A stretch of DNA of 62,257 nt, the filler included. It is 6 parts of 6 records of this genome, joined end to end, with 100 filler letters (N's around TTAATTAATTAA, not from the genome) between each part and the next. Parts side by side here need not be neighbours in the genome. Positions count along the whole stretch, not along the records: positions 31,230 to 37,946 come from SRR31147125_524; positions 38,047 to 43,321 come from SRR31147125_536; positions 43,422 to 48,897 come from SRR31147125_569; 3 more parts are not named here. One strand, written 5' to 3'. Made by a program: the position numbers and the translations under genes. This document shows, one piece after another, positions 31,230 to 43,422 of the stretch (within the stretch, counting starts at the first letter, position 1; every line of letters starts with the position of its first letter). The notes under the pieces were generated by a model that was not told the DNA's origin, made no database searches, and saw only the letters and a program-made list of their open reading frames with translations.

Positions 31230-32210
31230 AAAAATACTGTACTCAAATCCAAGTCGTAATGAATTTGAAGCATCAAAATATCCATCTATTTCATCACTGT
31301 CAACTTTAATTTTTATTTTTTGCCATGGACGCCGTAGGTAATCCAGACAAAAAAGGATGTTCGGTGATGGTTTGAATGCCAGTCCATACGAAACAACCAG
31401 TGGCTTTTTAATGTAGGAATCAAATTCATATTCCCGATCGGTTCCATTGGAATCTGAAAAATGGATATCTGTTAAATTGATTGTATGTGGAAAGGTTATT
31501 TTACTCCCAATGGAAAGGGATCTTGAAGCCTGCCATAAAAATCCAAAATCAAAATTCATACCTGAAAATTTATTATCCCATTGGGACCATTCTACACTTG
31601 AATCTGATTTTGTTTGGATATGTAACTGCTCATTCAGCTCTTCTTTGCCAGACACGACATTTAAACTCATTCCGAGCAATATGCTATTGACTATTTTAAT
31701 CCCTGCACCCACTGATAAGGCATATATTCCTCCACTGGATTTATGCGTGGAATCGATACATATATCTTCTTCCGGTATCTCAGTCAAATAGGTGATCTTG
31801 TCATTTAAATCAGCTAGATTACGAACAATAATGGAACCTACAAATTTCGTTTTTTCCAATGATATGGGTAGCGCAAACCCGACATAATTTATATTAAATC
31901 CTTCTCCTTTATTACCACTGTAAATATTTTCAGGGTTAACAGTTTCAGGCGGGTCAATATCCAGATTACCAAAGTGAACAGTACTGGAAATAGCACCTCT
32001 TGCTTTATTTAAAGTCGCAAGGCCTGCTGGATTCCAGCCCAGAGCAGTAGCATCATCCGCAATAGCTGTATATGCGTTCCCCATACCGGACGCCCGCGGT
32101 CCAATGGATGTTTCCTGTAATACCGAAGGATCCAAATTAAATGTTTGCGAATATAATATATTAACAAGCGTAAAAATGCTTATTACATAAAGTTTTATTA
32201 ATCGTCCCAT
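31230..32210 (-). CDS. Outer-membrane beta-barrel, FadL/PorV-like (3'-truncated)
   Basis: Signal peptide; GPRASGMGNAYTAIADDATALGWNPAGL hatch motif; alternating beta strands. Confidence 0.8.
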
Positions 32211-32280
32211 GCCGAGAGTCCTATTCCATTTCCTGATATCTACTTAAGTACAATATAATACATTTACATTCAAAGGAGGG

Positions 32281-33402
32281 TTATTGCGGAAGAGTTTTTA
32301 AGAGCTGACCTATATCATCCATTGTATTATAAAAATGTGGTGATATACGTATTTTCCCGTTTCTCTTTGCGACAACGATATTATCCCGGGTAAGTTTCTC
32401 AAAAATTGTATCTGTATCAAAACTCTGATGTTCAAATGTCACAATACCAGATCGTGCATCTTTATTTAAATTGCTGACTATCCTGTAGCCCTGCTCTTTC
32501 AACGATTCCGCCAGGTAAGAACCGAGACTTTTTATTTGACATTCAATATGTTGAATCCCTGCATCCAGAATCAATTCCAGAGCTGCGCCTAAAGCAGCTA
32601 TCCCCATAAAATTGGGAGTGCCACCTTCGAATCGTTTGGCAGAATCATGGCTTGGTTGATAAAAATCTTCAAAATTCCATGGTTCCATAACGCTTAGCCA
32701 GCCTTTGGCCAGGTTATTCAATTCATTTATTCTATCTTTTTGAATGTAAAAAAAGCCCTGCCCAACCGGCCCCAGTAACCATTTATGCCCGGATGTTACA
32801 ATAAAATCAATATTGGTCTTTTTTACATCCAGCGATACCGCTCCAAGTCCCTGTACAGCATCGACAAATACCATGATATTTCTTTCGTGACAATAATCAC
32901 TTATCTTGGCAAGGTCATATTTAAATCCATCATCATACTCCACAAAGCTGATGGCCACAAGTCTTGTGTTATTATCTATACTTTTAAAAAGAGTGTCATA
33001 AGCGTTTTCATTGCGTGGCAGCACTGGCATTTTAACGGTAACCTCTTTTCTGTCGAGATTCAACCATGGATAAATATTAGCAGGAAACTGATTTCCCGGT
33101 ACAACAATATTATCCCCTTTGTTCCATTTAATCCCGTTTGCGATAAGCATAGCTCCGGTACTGACATTCTTGACAAAGGCGATTTCTTCCATATCTGCAT
33201 GAATGAGATTGGCAGCATGATGGCGCACAGTATCAATATAAGAAATCCATTTATGCTCATATACTGTTCCAAAACCAGCGTCATTCAGATAGTCGTTTAC
33301 TTTTGTTTGTATCAAATCACATTTGGGAGAGTTTGCAGCATGATTTAAAAAAACGTGTGATTTTGTAATCGGAAAGTGAGATCGATAATGTGTAAAATCC
33401 AT
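32281..33402 (-). CDS. Class V PLP-dependent aminotransferase (cysteine desulfurase/selenocysteine lyase-like)
   Basis: FLNHAA, VDAVQGLG, SGHKWLLGP, RFEGGTPN, IRISPHFYN. Confidence 0.9.
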   Translation of the reverse strand: MDFTHYRSHFPITKSHVFLNHAANSPKCDLIQTKVNDYLNDAGFGTVYEHKWISYIDTVRHHAANLIHADMEEIAFVKNVSTGAMLIANGIKWNKGDNIVVPGNQFPANIYPWLNLDRKEVTVKMPVLPRNENAYDTLFKSIDNNTRLVAISFVEYDDGFKYDLAKISDYCHERNIMVFVDAVQGLGAVSLDVKKTNIDFIVTSGHKWLLGPVGQGFFYIQKDRINELNNLAKGWLSVMEPWNFEDFYQPSHDSAKRFEGGTPNFMGIAALGAALELILDAGIQHIECQIKSLGSYLAESLKEQGYRIVSNLNKDARSGIVTFEHQSFDTDTIFEKLTRDNIVVAKRNGKIRISPHFYNTMDDIGQLLKTLPQ

Positions 33403-33610
33403 TTTATTTTGCCATACTTTATATTTTCTATACCTTGTATTACCTGGTTCCTATTCACCTTTGTAAATATATAATAATAAATTAAAATTAAAAGGGCTTT
33501 CGGGTATGACACTCCTGATTAACGCTATTTTTATCGTAAAAAAAGGCGAGAAGTAAAAACCTCTCGCCTGGGATATTGTAATAATAATGGATGATTTTAC
33601 AGAATCATAC

Positions 33611-34363
33611 TTATTCTGTTTGTGCCATCTTTAAAAATGGTTTAAGGAGATCAATTGGAAGTGGGAATATAACAGTTGTGTTATTCTCTGAAGAAATTTC
33701 ATTCAATGTCTGTAAATAGCGTAGTTGTAGCGCTTGTGGATGCTCGGCCATTATTTCTGCGGCATTGGCAAGTGTTTGTGACGCCTGGAATTCACCTTCA
33801 GCATGAATGACTTTGGCGCGTCTTTCACGTTCGGCTTCCGCCTGTCTGGCCATAGCTCTTTGCATTTCAGCAGGAAGATCTACATGTTTCACCTCAACGA
33901 GACTGACTTTAATACCCCACGGATCTGTGTGTGCATCAATAATGGTCTGCAATTCCTGGTTAATTTTATCCCGCGCAGACAGGAGTTCATCAAGTTCTGC
34001 CTGCCCCAGAATACTTCTGAGTGTTGTTTGGGATAATTGGGAGGTGGCATACAAATAGTCCTCAACTTCAACAATCGCTTTGCTCGGATCGATAACACGA
34101 AAATAAAGGACAGCGTTGACTTTAATAGAGACGTTATCTTTCGTGATGATGTCCTGTGGAGGTACATCCATTGCAATAGTTCTTAAACCTACCTTGACAA
34201 CACGATCAATAATAGGAATAATCAAAAAGATACCAGGACCTTTCGCTCCGACAAGTCGTCCTAATCGAAAAATCACACCTCTTTCATATTCCCGCATGAC
34301 CTTAACGGCACTGGCTAACAACAAGATGAGCAAAATTATTACAACACCTAAGGGTTGTACCAT
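33611..34363 (-). CDS. SPFH/stomatin (slipin) family protein
   Basis: [53 protein letters not shown]. Confidence 0.95.
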   Translation of the reverse strand: MVQPLGVVIILLILLLASAVKVMREYERGVIFRLGRLVGAKGPGIFLIIPIIDRVVKVGLRTIAMDVPPQDIITKDNVSIKVNAVLYFRVIDPSKAIVEVEDYLYATSQLSQTTLRSILGQAELDELLSARDKINQELQTIIDAHTDPWGIKVSLVEVKHVDLPAEMQRAMARQAEAERERRAKVIHAEGEFQASQTLANAAEIMAEHPQALQLRYLQTLNEISSENNTTVIFPLPIDLLKPFLKMAQTE

Positions 34364-34400
34364 AACAAAGCCTCCTTAATAATTATAAGTCTTTTAGGTT

Positions 34401-35705
34401 TTATGACTTTAGATTATTTATTTTCCCTATTCTTAACTCGAGCCCATGCACATCAACCACTTTAATTTTATCACCTTTCCTTATCTTTTCATCACTGAAT
34501 GCCTTCCAAATTTCTCCATGTATTTTTATATCTCCTTCAGGATCAATCGATGTAATAGCAATCCCTTTTTCTCCAATCATCCCCTCTCTTCCGGTTGTAG
34601 GCTTGGTAGCCCGTGCCCTCAACGCCATTCCCAGGGCAAAAACAAAAAACAGTCCGGTCGCGACAGCAATTGTGACAGCAACTCTCCAATCAACGCTTAC
34701 ATTAAAACCAGGAGTTTTATCATACAACATAATTGAGCCTAGAAACATAGAAACGATGCCTCCGATGGTCAGGATACCATAGCTTGTCACTTTGACCTCC
34801 AAAATAAATAACATGATACCAAATAATATTAAAAGGATACCTGCAGAACTAACTGGGAGCGTTTGAAGAGCAAAAAAAGCCAGTATCAGAAAAATACCAC
34901 CCAGTACTCCTGGCAAGATTGCTCCAGGATTGGACAACTCAAAAAACAATCCATAGATTCCGAGAATCATCAATATATAGGCAATTGTTGGATTAGATAT
35001 CTTGTAAAGGATTCGATGCCGCCAACTCATATCATTAAAGATGATCTCGGCATTTTTCGTATTCAGAGTTCTCTCGCCATTTTCGACCTGAACGACTTTG
35101 CCATCCAGAACAGATAGCAGACTATCTTCGGATGGACATATGAAGTCAATGATATTTTGTTCGAGTGCTTCCTTTTCAGTAATAGAGACACTTTCACGAA
35201 CAGCCTTTTCAGCCCAGTCCGCATTTCGACCTCTTTTTTCAGCTATTCCCCGTATCCAGGCAGAAGCATAATTCGTCACTTTTTCACCCATGACTTGTGA
35301 AGTGTCCTGTTGTGCACCAATACCCACAGGATGAGCAGCACCAATATTTGTTCCCTCAGCCATAACAGCTATATGACAGGCCAGGGTTATAAAAACGCCG
35401 GCAGACACAGCTCCGGATCCACTTGGAGCAACATACATGACCACAGGGACATTGGCACTAAGAACTTTTTTCACAATTGTTTTCGTGGATTCCAGCAACC
35501 CCCCGGGTGTATCCATTTGGATGAGCAGGCATTCAAAATTCTCAGCTTCAGCCTGGTTGACGTTTTCAACGATCCATTCCGCTGATACAGGATTAATATC
35601 ACCATCTATAATGATTTTAAGAACTTGTCCTTCTGCTGCAAAAAGCTGAGATAAGGCACATAAGAGGACGATGATAGGCAATAATTTCAGAATATGTTTT
35701 ATCAT
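34401..35705 (-). CDS. nfeD: Long-form NfeD: ClpP-like serine protease + TM region + OB fold
   Basis: DTPGG, AVSAG (Ser), IGAAHPV, EKV (Lys), RGRNADWA, TGREGMIG, GEIWKA; upstream of stomatin. Confidence 0.93.
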   Translation of the reverse strand: MIKHILKLLPIIVLLCALSQLFAAEGQVLKIIIDGDINPVSAEWIVENVNQAEAENFECLLIQMDTPGGLLESTKTIVKKVLSANVPVVMYVAPSGSGAVSAGVFITLACHIAVMAEGTNIGAAHPVGIGAQQDTSQVMGEKVTNYASAWIRGIAEKRGRNADWAEKAVRESVSITEKEALEQNIIDFICPSEDSLLSVLDGKVVQVENGERTLNTKNAEIIFNDMSWRHRILYKISNPTIAYILMILGIYGLFFELSNPGAILPGVLGGIFLILAFFALQTLPVSSAGILLILFGIMLFILEVKVTSYGILTIGGIVSMFLGSIMLYDKTPGFNVSVDWRVAVTIAVATGLFFVFALGMALRARATKPTTGREGMIGEKGIAITSIDPEGDIKIHGEIWKAFSDEKIRKGDKIKVVDVHGLELRIGKINNLKS

Positions 35706-35874
35706 GATTTTTATTCTAATTTAATTCAAGTTATTACATATACTTCAACAATTAGTTGCACTGCTTTTCTTCCAAAGTTATTAAACAGAACAGTGAAATG
35801 CAATTTTTTTTCTAAACTTTGCTCCTATTCCGTATTTATTTTTCTGTCAATTAACATAATTTATTAGAATTGTC

Positions 35875-35902
35875 TTGACATTTAGCAGATATTTTATAAA
35901 AT
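35875..35902 (+). promoter_or_regulatory. Sigma-70 promoter of the 6S RNA
   Basis: TTGACA-16 nt-TAAAAT. Confidence 0.7.
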
Positions 35903-35918
35903 TGCTTGTAAAGATTTT

Positions 35919-36098
35919 CCTGTTGTAGACGCAGTTAGCATAATGAAGAACCAACACCTTCATCTAGGGAACTTAGCTCTGAGTGTGTATTACATGCCTC
36001 CTCTCTTCTTCGGAAGAGATTGTGGACGTAAAAAGCGGTCAGGCGGTGCCCACCGTGTCGAAGCGCGGTTCTCTAACTTGCACTGCGTCTACTTCAGG
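35919..36098 (+). ncRNA. ssrS: 6S RNA
   Basis: About 180-nt rod: CCTG..GTAGACGCAGT pairs with ACTGCGTCTAC..CAGG; internal GAACCAACAC..GGGAAC and GGTGCCCACC..GCGCGGTTC motifs typical of 6S; T run after. Confidence 0.82.
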
Positions 36099-36103
36099 TT
36101 TTT

Positions 36104-37642
36104 TTATGGGTAAAGTCCTGCCCGATCTAAACTTCGATATTGAATAGCCTCACTTATATGTTCCGGTTTTATATGTTCACCTTTCTCTAAATCAGCAATG
36201 GTGCGCGATACCTTTAATATCCGATCATAAGCACGAGCTGACAATCCCAAATTTGTAATGGCAATTTTTAAAAGTTCAGAACCCTCCTGATCGATTTTAC
36301 AATATTCTCTGATTTCTCTCGAGTCCATCCGTGCATTACAAAAGAGACCTGGATTATTTTCATACCGACATGTCTGGATATGACGGGCGTGTTCCACCCT
36401 CTCACGAATGGCTTCCGATGATTCACTTTTGACATTGCTGCTTAATTCTTTATATTTCACAGCCGGTACATCAATATGGATATCAATTCTATCCAGTAAC
36501 GGTCCTGAAACTCGTGATAAATATCGCTGTATTTGTGGACTTGAACAGGCACAATCATGGTTTGGATCACTATAATACCCACATGGACACGGATTCATAG
36601 CCGCAGCTAACATGAAAGCAGCCGGATAGGTCAGAGAAAGTGTCGCTCGAGATATGGTCACTTTTCCATCTTCAAGGGGTTGCCGCATAACTTCCAGAAC
36701 ATTTTTCTTAAACTCGGGAAGTTCATCAAGAAAAAGCACCCCATGATGAGCCAGACTCACTTCGCCCGGCTTGGGAATCGTTCCCCCTCCGATTAAACCG
36801 GCATCACTGATTGTGTGATGGGGTGATCTGAATTGCCGCGTTGCGATTAGTGCTTCATTGGCCGGCAATAATCCTGCTACAGAATGTATTTTTGTTGTTT
36901 CAAGTGATTCTTCTAATGTCATATCAGGTAATATGGTGGGTAATCTTTTTGCCAGCATGGTCTTGCCGGATCCTGGCGGACCAATCATAATAATATTATG
37001 GCCGCCCGCTGCTGCTACCTCAAGAGCCCTTTTCACGTGCTCCTGACCCTTCACATCCTGAAAATCTTCATGGTAATTCCGTTTTCTTGAAAAAACCTGT
37101 TTCAGATCGATCTTATAGGCTTGAAATCGATTATCCCCATTCAAAAAGCTGACAGCTTCCATAAGAGAACGAACCGGAATGACGTCCAGATCCTTGGCCA
37201 TGGCTGCTTCCCTGGCATTTTCATCTGGTACAAGAACTCCTTTATCTTTTTCTTTTGCAATTTCTACGGCAATCGGCAAAATACCATGCACAGGTCGCAA
37301 GCTTCCGTCCAGACTTAATTCCCCTAATAAAACAAAATCATTAATTCTGTCGATATTAATCTGCCCCATTGCCGCTAATATTCCGCAGGCCATTGGCAAA
37401 TCAAAGGCCGTTCCTTCTTTTCTCCTGTCAGCCGGTGCTAAATTAACCGTAATTCGTTTTATCGGAAAACGAAATCCCGAATTTTTTATGGCTGCCTGAA
37501 CTCTTTCCTTGGACTCTCTTACAGCACCTTCCGGTAAACCAACAGTAGCAAAATATGGAAGAGTACCCTCCAGATGTGCTTCCACTTTGACAATATAAGC
37601 ATCAATACCCAGAACAGCAGCACTTAAAACCTGTGCAAGCAT
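36104..37642 (-). CDS. comM: YifB/ComM Mg-chelatase-like AAA+ ATPase
   Basis: [64 protein letters not shown]. Confidence 0.95.
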   Translation of the reverse strand: MLAQVLSAAVLGIDAYIVKVEAHLEGTLPYFATVGLPEGAVRESKERVQAAIKNSGFRFPIKRITVNLAPADRRKEGTAFDLPMACGILAAMGQINIDRINDFVLLGELSLDGSLRPVHGILPIAVEIAKEKDKGVLVPDENAREAAMAKDLDVIPVRSLMEAVSFLNGDNRFQAYKIDLKQVFSRKRNYHEDFQDVKGQEHVKRALEVAAAGGHNIIMIGPPGSGKTMLAKRLPTILPDMTLEESLETTKIHSVAGLLPANEALIATRQFRSPHHTISDAGLIGGGTIPKPGEVSLAHHGVLFLDELPEFKKNVLEVMRQPLEDGKVTISRATLSLTYPAAFMLAAAMNPCPCGYYSDPNHDCACSSPQIQRYLSRVSGPLLDRIDIHIDVPAVKYKELSSNVKSESSEAIRERVEHARHIQTCRYENNPGLFCNARMDSREIREYCKIDQEGSELLKIAITNLGLSARAYDRILKVSRTIADLEKGEHIKPEHISEAIQYRSLDRAGLYP

Positions 37643-37946
37643 GTGTCCCCCTGATTGTTAACAAACGATTATTACTAATAATAACTGTTGTTTAGAGAAC
37701 ATTAAAACAAAAACACAATTTGAGTACCAGATAATGAACGTTTTATAATGTTTATCTAACCGGGATAATTTATTTAAATGGTGGAAATGCTGGTCCCCTT
37801 TATCAAAATCAGCTGTCAATAGAACAAATCAACTGTTTCAATATCTTATATATTGAAAGATATAAAACCTCTTTTCAAAATTCAAGTTTTGTTTTCATTA
37901 TTTTAGGATTAAATAAACGCTTGAACGGTTAGCACAGTGATATTAT

Positions 37947-38046
37947 NNNNNNNNNNNNNNNNNNNNNNNNNNNNNNNNNNNNNNNNNNNNTTAATTAATT
38001 AANNNNNNNNNNNNNNNNNNNNNNNNNNNNNNNNNNNNNNNNNNNN
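37947..38046. other. Artificial contig spacer
   Basis: N44-TTAATTAATTAA-N44. Confidence 0.98.
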
Positions 38047-38068
38047 TGTGTGTGTGTGTGTGTGTGTG
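38047..38068. repeat. (TG)n microsatellite inside an intron at the contig start
   Basis: About 11 TG units ending just before a CAG acceptor at 38078. Confidence 0.9.
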
Positions 38069-38078
38069 CGTGCGGCAG

Positions 38079-41000
38079 AGGATAAAGGTTTACCTGGCTC
38101 AGGTGACTAATAATCTACGTGCCATGGAGGAGAGCGGTGTGGAAGATCCCGAAGCGTACAATTGTTTGTTGGGAGAGCGAGAAACCATCTTGAGCGCACT
38201 TCAGTCCCTTACTCCTAGCCCCGTGGTTATTGAATTCTGCAAACTGGTGCGTTGGTTTGTTGGTGTTGTCATTCTCCTGAAGAGTCTTTCTGCTATAGGT
38301 ACAACTACGCGATTTGCTTGGACTCCAAGAATTCGAACGACAATTGGCAGATTGGAAGGCTCCTCTGGTGAATGAGGCAATCAGCAGCCGCGCTCTTGCA
38401 GTGGAACAGATCCGTGAATGGTTTGTGTATGTGTTTTTCCACTTGGCAGGTGATTTCATTTTCGTGTAGGCGGCACGGTTCCATCTCTCAAACAACTGAG
38501 GAAGCTCGAATCACAGCGGACATTATTCGCTACTCGCAGGTCATCGATCAGGTAGCCTTTCCTCTCCTCTATTGTGTGTCTCACCCCACTTCCACTTCCA
38601 TAGTTCAACATTCGCCCAGAACACTTCTGGCGAGAGATCATCAACATTGACAGGCTGCGCCGAGAGATTCATGATCACTCCCTGCTGCCCTTGACAAGTA
38701 CTGAGTTGGAGGATAGTTATTTGTTCCTTTTGAACGCGGGGATTCCTGTGGAGGTGTGTGTGCGAGGGAAGGAACGATACGCAAGGGACTGAGGACGGAT
38801 GCAGATTCTTAATGGTGACCAGTTAAATATGCCCCGGGACTTTCTCAGTCGTGTCTTTGCAAAGTGCGTGTCCCCATTGTGGGCGGGACTCACCCTCCCC
38901 ACTGTCAGATGTGATGGATCTCGCCCCCTATTCGTTGTCTCTGTCTTGGGTCCTCAGAGTTCGGCCAAGTCAACCTTGATGAATGTCTTGTTTGGATGCC
39001 GTTTTCCTGTTAGTGCAGGGAGGTGTACAAAGGGTGTTAATGCCACTCTTCTGCGGTCCGAGGCAAAGAATGCAGGTGCCGGAACGGATGGACAGGTGGA
39101 CAAGAATCCTCTTACCCTCCGCGCCTCGTCTTAGATGACCTATTGATTTTGGACGCCGAGGGGCTGCTCTCCGTGGAGAAGGCGGATCGCAGCTTTGATC
39201 GACAATTAACGCTGTTTGTAACTTCTCTGTCCAATGTGGTGATTGTAAATGTCAAGGGCGAGATTGGAGATGAAATGCGCGAAATCATTGAGGTACGTCC
39301 CAAGGTCCTCCCAGTAAGTAGCCCATACTCATTTGCTTTTCTTGCAGATTGCAGTGTATGCTTTGGAGAAGTTGACCCTGCTGAAAGTTCGGCCTCGTGT
39401 TCTTTTTGTGCTTCGTGACATGATCTCTGCGGACAAGGAGAAACAGGTGGGTAGGAGTGGTAGTGGAGAAAAAGGAGGAGAAAAAGGAGGAGGAGGAGTT
39501 ATTCACCACGGGCCGCAGTTCAATACACGACGTTTGATTGAAGAATCCTTACGATCTGCTGTAGCGGAGGTCGGTGGAACCTACACGCTCGAGGACCTGC
39601 TGGACTTTGATGTAGTCGATAGCTTTGATCTGATGTGTCAAGGATTCAATCAGGTCTGTTGCGCCTGCGGGCCTCTATCGATCTAACAGTGTTGTTGATA
39701 GGTTCGTACGAATATATCCGGGGACACAGTGCTGGTCCCCGTTCCGAATCCACAATTCGGCGAGCAATGCTACACGGTTCGACGCAAGATCTTTGACTAT
39801 GCAGTGAAAACAAAGAAGCACGGAGCCTTTGCCGACCTTCACCAGTGGTATGTCACGGTTGTTTCTATCCTGCGTTCAATGCCTTTCTTCTTTCAGGATG
39901 ATCCACGCCGAAACCGTGTGGACGACTCTTACCCAATTCCACAGTCTTATTCAGTACAACAACTTGTTAGAGTTGAAGCAGAAACGATACCTTGCTAAGG
40001 TGTGTGGTGGCGTACGTGTGTGACGGCCCATTCCCCCAACGCCTTGGCAGGTCTTCTACTCTCTAGTAGACAAACACATTCACGAGGGATTCACCCAGAA
40101 GTTTGCTTCCTTACGACGTCGGTGCGTCTGCGTCAGCCACAGCTGGTCACAGTTCTCCCATTTGCTTGTGTTTGCACCCAGATATCGGAAGAAGATTATG
40201 AAGATCCGGAATGAACTGCAGCTGAATACGATCTTGGAATCTGAAACGGTTTGCTACTCTGGCCAGGCTAGTGTTGTCCCTGAGAAATCCATGCCAGGGG
40301 TTGTCCATCACGAAGGCACGTGATCGAGAGGCAGCGATTCGGAGCCAATTTGTCGATAAGAAGGACGAACTGTTCAAGGAGCTTGAGGTCTGTCTCTTTG
40401 TCGATGTTTCGCATCCCACCTCCACCTCACCACCGCCTCAGGCCATGACACGCGACTTCGAGGCACAAACCAAGGATATGCCAAGGCTGCTTGTGGAGTC
40501 CTTCCGTGCAACGCTCAACCAGCAGGTACACCTCCTCCCCGAGATGCATCTCTCCTCGTGACGTTATCTTCCACAGATGTACAAGGCAAGAGATGTTGCT
40601 GAGCGGACGGCCATGCTGGACGACATTGACTTTAAGCTGGAGGTCGTACCACCGTTGTGTTGTTGCGGTGTTTTGATGGGATGTTGGTCATGGTTAGGCG
40701 CTCATTATGAGAATGTTGGAGGACCTGTTGAAGTGGGTAGATGAGAGCTTCCTTATCAACCTTAAGAAGGAAGGCATGTGTTGAAATGATTCTTGAATTG
40801 GCCGTGTGTGATGCGAGGCTTCTGCAGGGGGACGGATCACGGATAGGGTTCTCGCTGAATTCAACAGCATCTGGGACACGGACGAGCGAGAACTGTGTGA
40901 TGTGATTCGAGAGTTCTTGAAGGTGCATCAGTTTGTGAGAAATGTATACCCTTGCGTGACCCTTGTGTCCATCCAGCCCGAAACACTTGATCTGGATCAA

Positions 41001-43293
41001 GTTGTAACGTCACTTTTTGAGCTGTACATGATGACGGTTTGTGGGGACGCGCCCACGGGATGCAACACCAGGCTCAGCCAGCATCATCTGCATGCAGGTT
41101 CCCGACGCACCCACTGTGGCAAATCGCATTGTAGAACGATCTAACACATTCCAAACCATTTCCTACGGGGCCGTGCGCAAGTATCTCCAGGAGAAGAGAA
41201 GTTCCAACACTACAACGTACATTATTGTTGTTTGTCTGCTCTTTCGTGAGGTAACAGGTAACCTTGCCACCAGACGGGCGGAAACCCCTTCCGAAGAGCG
41301 TTTCCAGGCACTTCTTGATGATATTGCAGAGTTTGTGAATGGCATGGTGCGAGAGAATCGTCTCTCCGACTTTAGCTTCGTCACTGTGGCGGATGCCATC
41401 CATTCCCTGCAAGACTTCATGAACGTCAAAGAGATCGAGTTCATTCATGTAAGGAACTGCACGTGTGCGTCGTATGATCTGACAACACATGCAGGACTTC
41501 CGTCTGGGTTTCTCGTTGGAGTTCACTGCACGCTGTATGGTCCTTCTTCGTTTTGAAGTTATTGGCCAATTCATTACATTCTTTGAACGGAGGCTCACAA
41601 AGCATCTCCAAGCCTTCCGCGAGAGCAAAGAGAAACAACTCAAGTTGCTTATGTTCTTGAGTGAAGAGGTACGATGCATGTGTGTGTGCTGCGGTGTGGC
41701 GGTAGTGTCCACAAATACGTATAAGGTGTTGGGTGATTTCGAAACTGCCGAATTTCTCGTTCCTGTTATGCGACGTAACATTATGGATGAAGCACAACGA
41801 AGGTAGGCGATGCGGTGCGGTGTGGTGCGGTGCGGTGACACTTCCAAGATGGAACGAAATCTACATGCATGAACTGCGCAAATCAACGGAATTGAAACCT
41901 GCCGATCTGTTGGAGGTGTGTGCGTCCACGGATCGTTCTTTTCTCGGGGGGGAGCGGGCATCACGACGCAGTACAACAGAGGCAGAGATCAAACGGCAGT
42001 CAGGGTGCGAGAAGAGCACCATGGAGTGTACACAATTCATCATTCCCTGGACACTCAGATGGATGTTGCGTTTTCGTGAGCTTGTGTCGGACCCGCTCCC
42101 CATTATGAGGCGAACGTTTGCCGAGCTCTTCGAGACCCAACGGCAAAACGTACTGACCTCAGTCAATCAACGATTTCAAAGGTTGGCTGGCATGTCCACT
42201 GGGTCGCATGTCTCACCTTCTCTTTTTTGTGTGTGTACAAGGGAACTCCAATCCTTAATGGAGCGTGTCACGATCCTCGTGAACAAATGGCTTTCTTCCT
42301 TTTCAAAATTCAATGAGATTCGACTAAAGGTGGAGAGTCAGGAGAAGCGACCCAAAGAGGTGCTTCCTGCCCTCCCTTCCCCTCCTGTGCGTCCATTCAC
42401 TGCGGATACAGGTGGACACAATGCTTGCTATCACGTATGAGATGCTCTATCAAAGTCTTCGAGCCTATCTAACACAATACTCTCAATGTGAAGTGATCAA
42501 GGTGCGATTCGTCCTTCATTTTTGGCGTGTATCCTGAATCCTTTCATCCCAGTCCAAACTCATGACGATGTGGGGGAATCACATCTTCCCCTCTCCTGAC
42601 GATCTGAGCGATCCAGGCGATGCCATTCCCTTCCTTATGATTGGATCTCCCAAAGGTTTGTTGGTGCACGTAGATTCGAGGGCATAACTCGCAACAGGTG
42701 GCATGTTTGTTGTGAATCCCCGAGATTTTGGAGATAGGTTACTGGGATTGCTGACGGTAAGGCCCAGCACAGCCCCTCGCCGCCGGAACTGACGTCCACG
42801 TTAGGGATTGGGAGAAACAGCGCAGGTGATCCCCGATTCCGCTGCCGTGCAGTCCTTGTACTCTTCTCTTCTTGACTACGCACTGGCAGGACATCAGGTT
42901 GGGTGTCTGTTCCAAAGGATAGACACGAAACTCACACCCTCTATGTGTGGAAGGATTTGATTCATCGTCTCATGGCGTGGATCCCAACTGCGGAACGGGA
43001 GCTTCTGATTGAAGATGGCAGCATTCTTGAGGAGGAGTCGTCCAATGCAGAAACGCTTGCATTCCATCCTATCCACGAGGGGAAGATCTTGTCGAACACT
43101 ATGTACCTCTCATTGTTCGACGCACCGTGGAGTTCATTAACACCAAAGGTGGTACCTCTGCACGGTGTACGGCTGTGGTGAGTTGGTGATCGTGATCCTT
43201 TTGTTTGTGCAACAGGCCTCAACGTGGAAGGTCTCTTTCGTGTTCCTCCATCCAAATCACTTGTCCGGAAGTACGAGCAACTCTTTGCACAGG
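38079..43293 (+). CDS. Eukaryotic multi-exon gene (partial at both ends): VLIG/GVIN/URGCP-type very large GTPase with a C-terminal RhoGAP domain
   Basis: Removing about 33 short introns (e.g. 38247-38298, 38421-38469, 38552-38603, 38754-38804, 38864-38908, 39076-39134) gives EHFWRE, GIPVEILNGD, VVSVLGPQSSAKSTLMNVLFG.RFPVSAGRCTKG, ILDAEGL, FDRQL, IVNVKGE; last exons read VPLIVRRTVEFINTKGLNVEGLFRVP. Confidence 0.85.
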
Positions 43294-43321
43294 GTTTGTG
43301 TTTCGCGTCATCCTCGACACA

Positions 43322-43421
43322 NNNNNNNNNNNNNNNNNNNNNNNNNNNNNNNNNNNNNNNNNNNNTTAATTAATTAANNNNNNNNNNNNNNNNNNNNNNN
43401 NNNNNNNNNNNNNNNNNNNNN
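43322..43421. other. Artificial contig spacer
   Basis: N44-TTAATTAATTAA-N44. Confidence 0.98.
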
Positions 43422-43422
43422 A

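Noticed and set aside
39447-39518. Gly/Glu/Lys-rich low-complexity insert (GRSGSGEKGGEKGGGG) in the GTPase
   Set aside because: It is a purine-rich in-frame GT-AG intron; removing it joins DKEKQ to FNTRR cleanly.
38052-43377. The dozens of short overlapping ORFs, including the 300-aa minus-strand ORF at 41074-41976, as separate genes
   Set aside because: They are exon fragments, intron read-throughs or antisense shadows of a single spliced gene.
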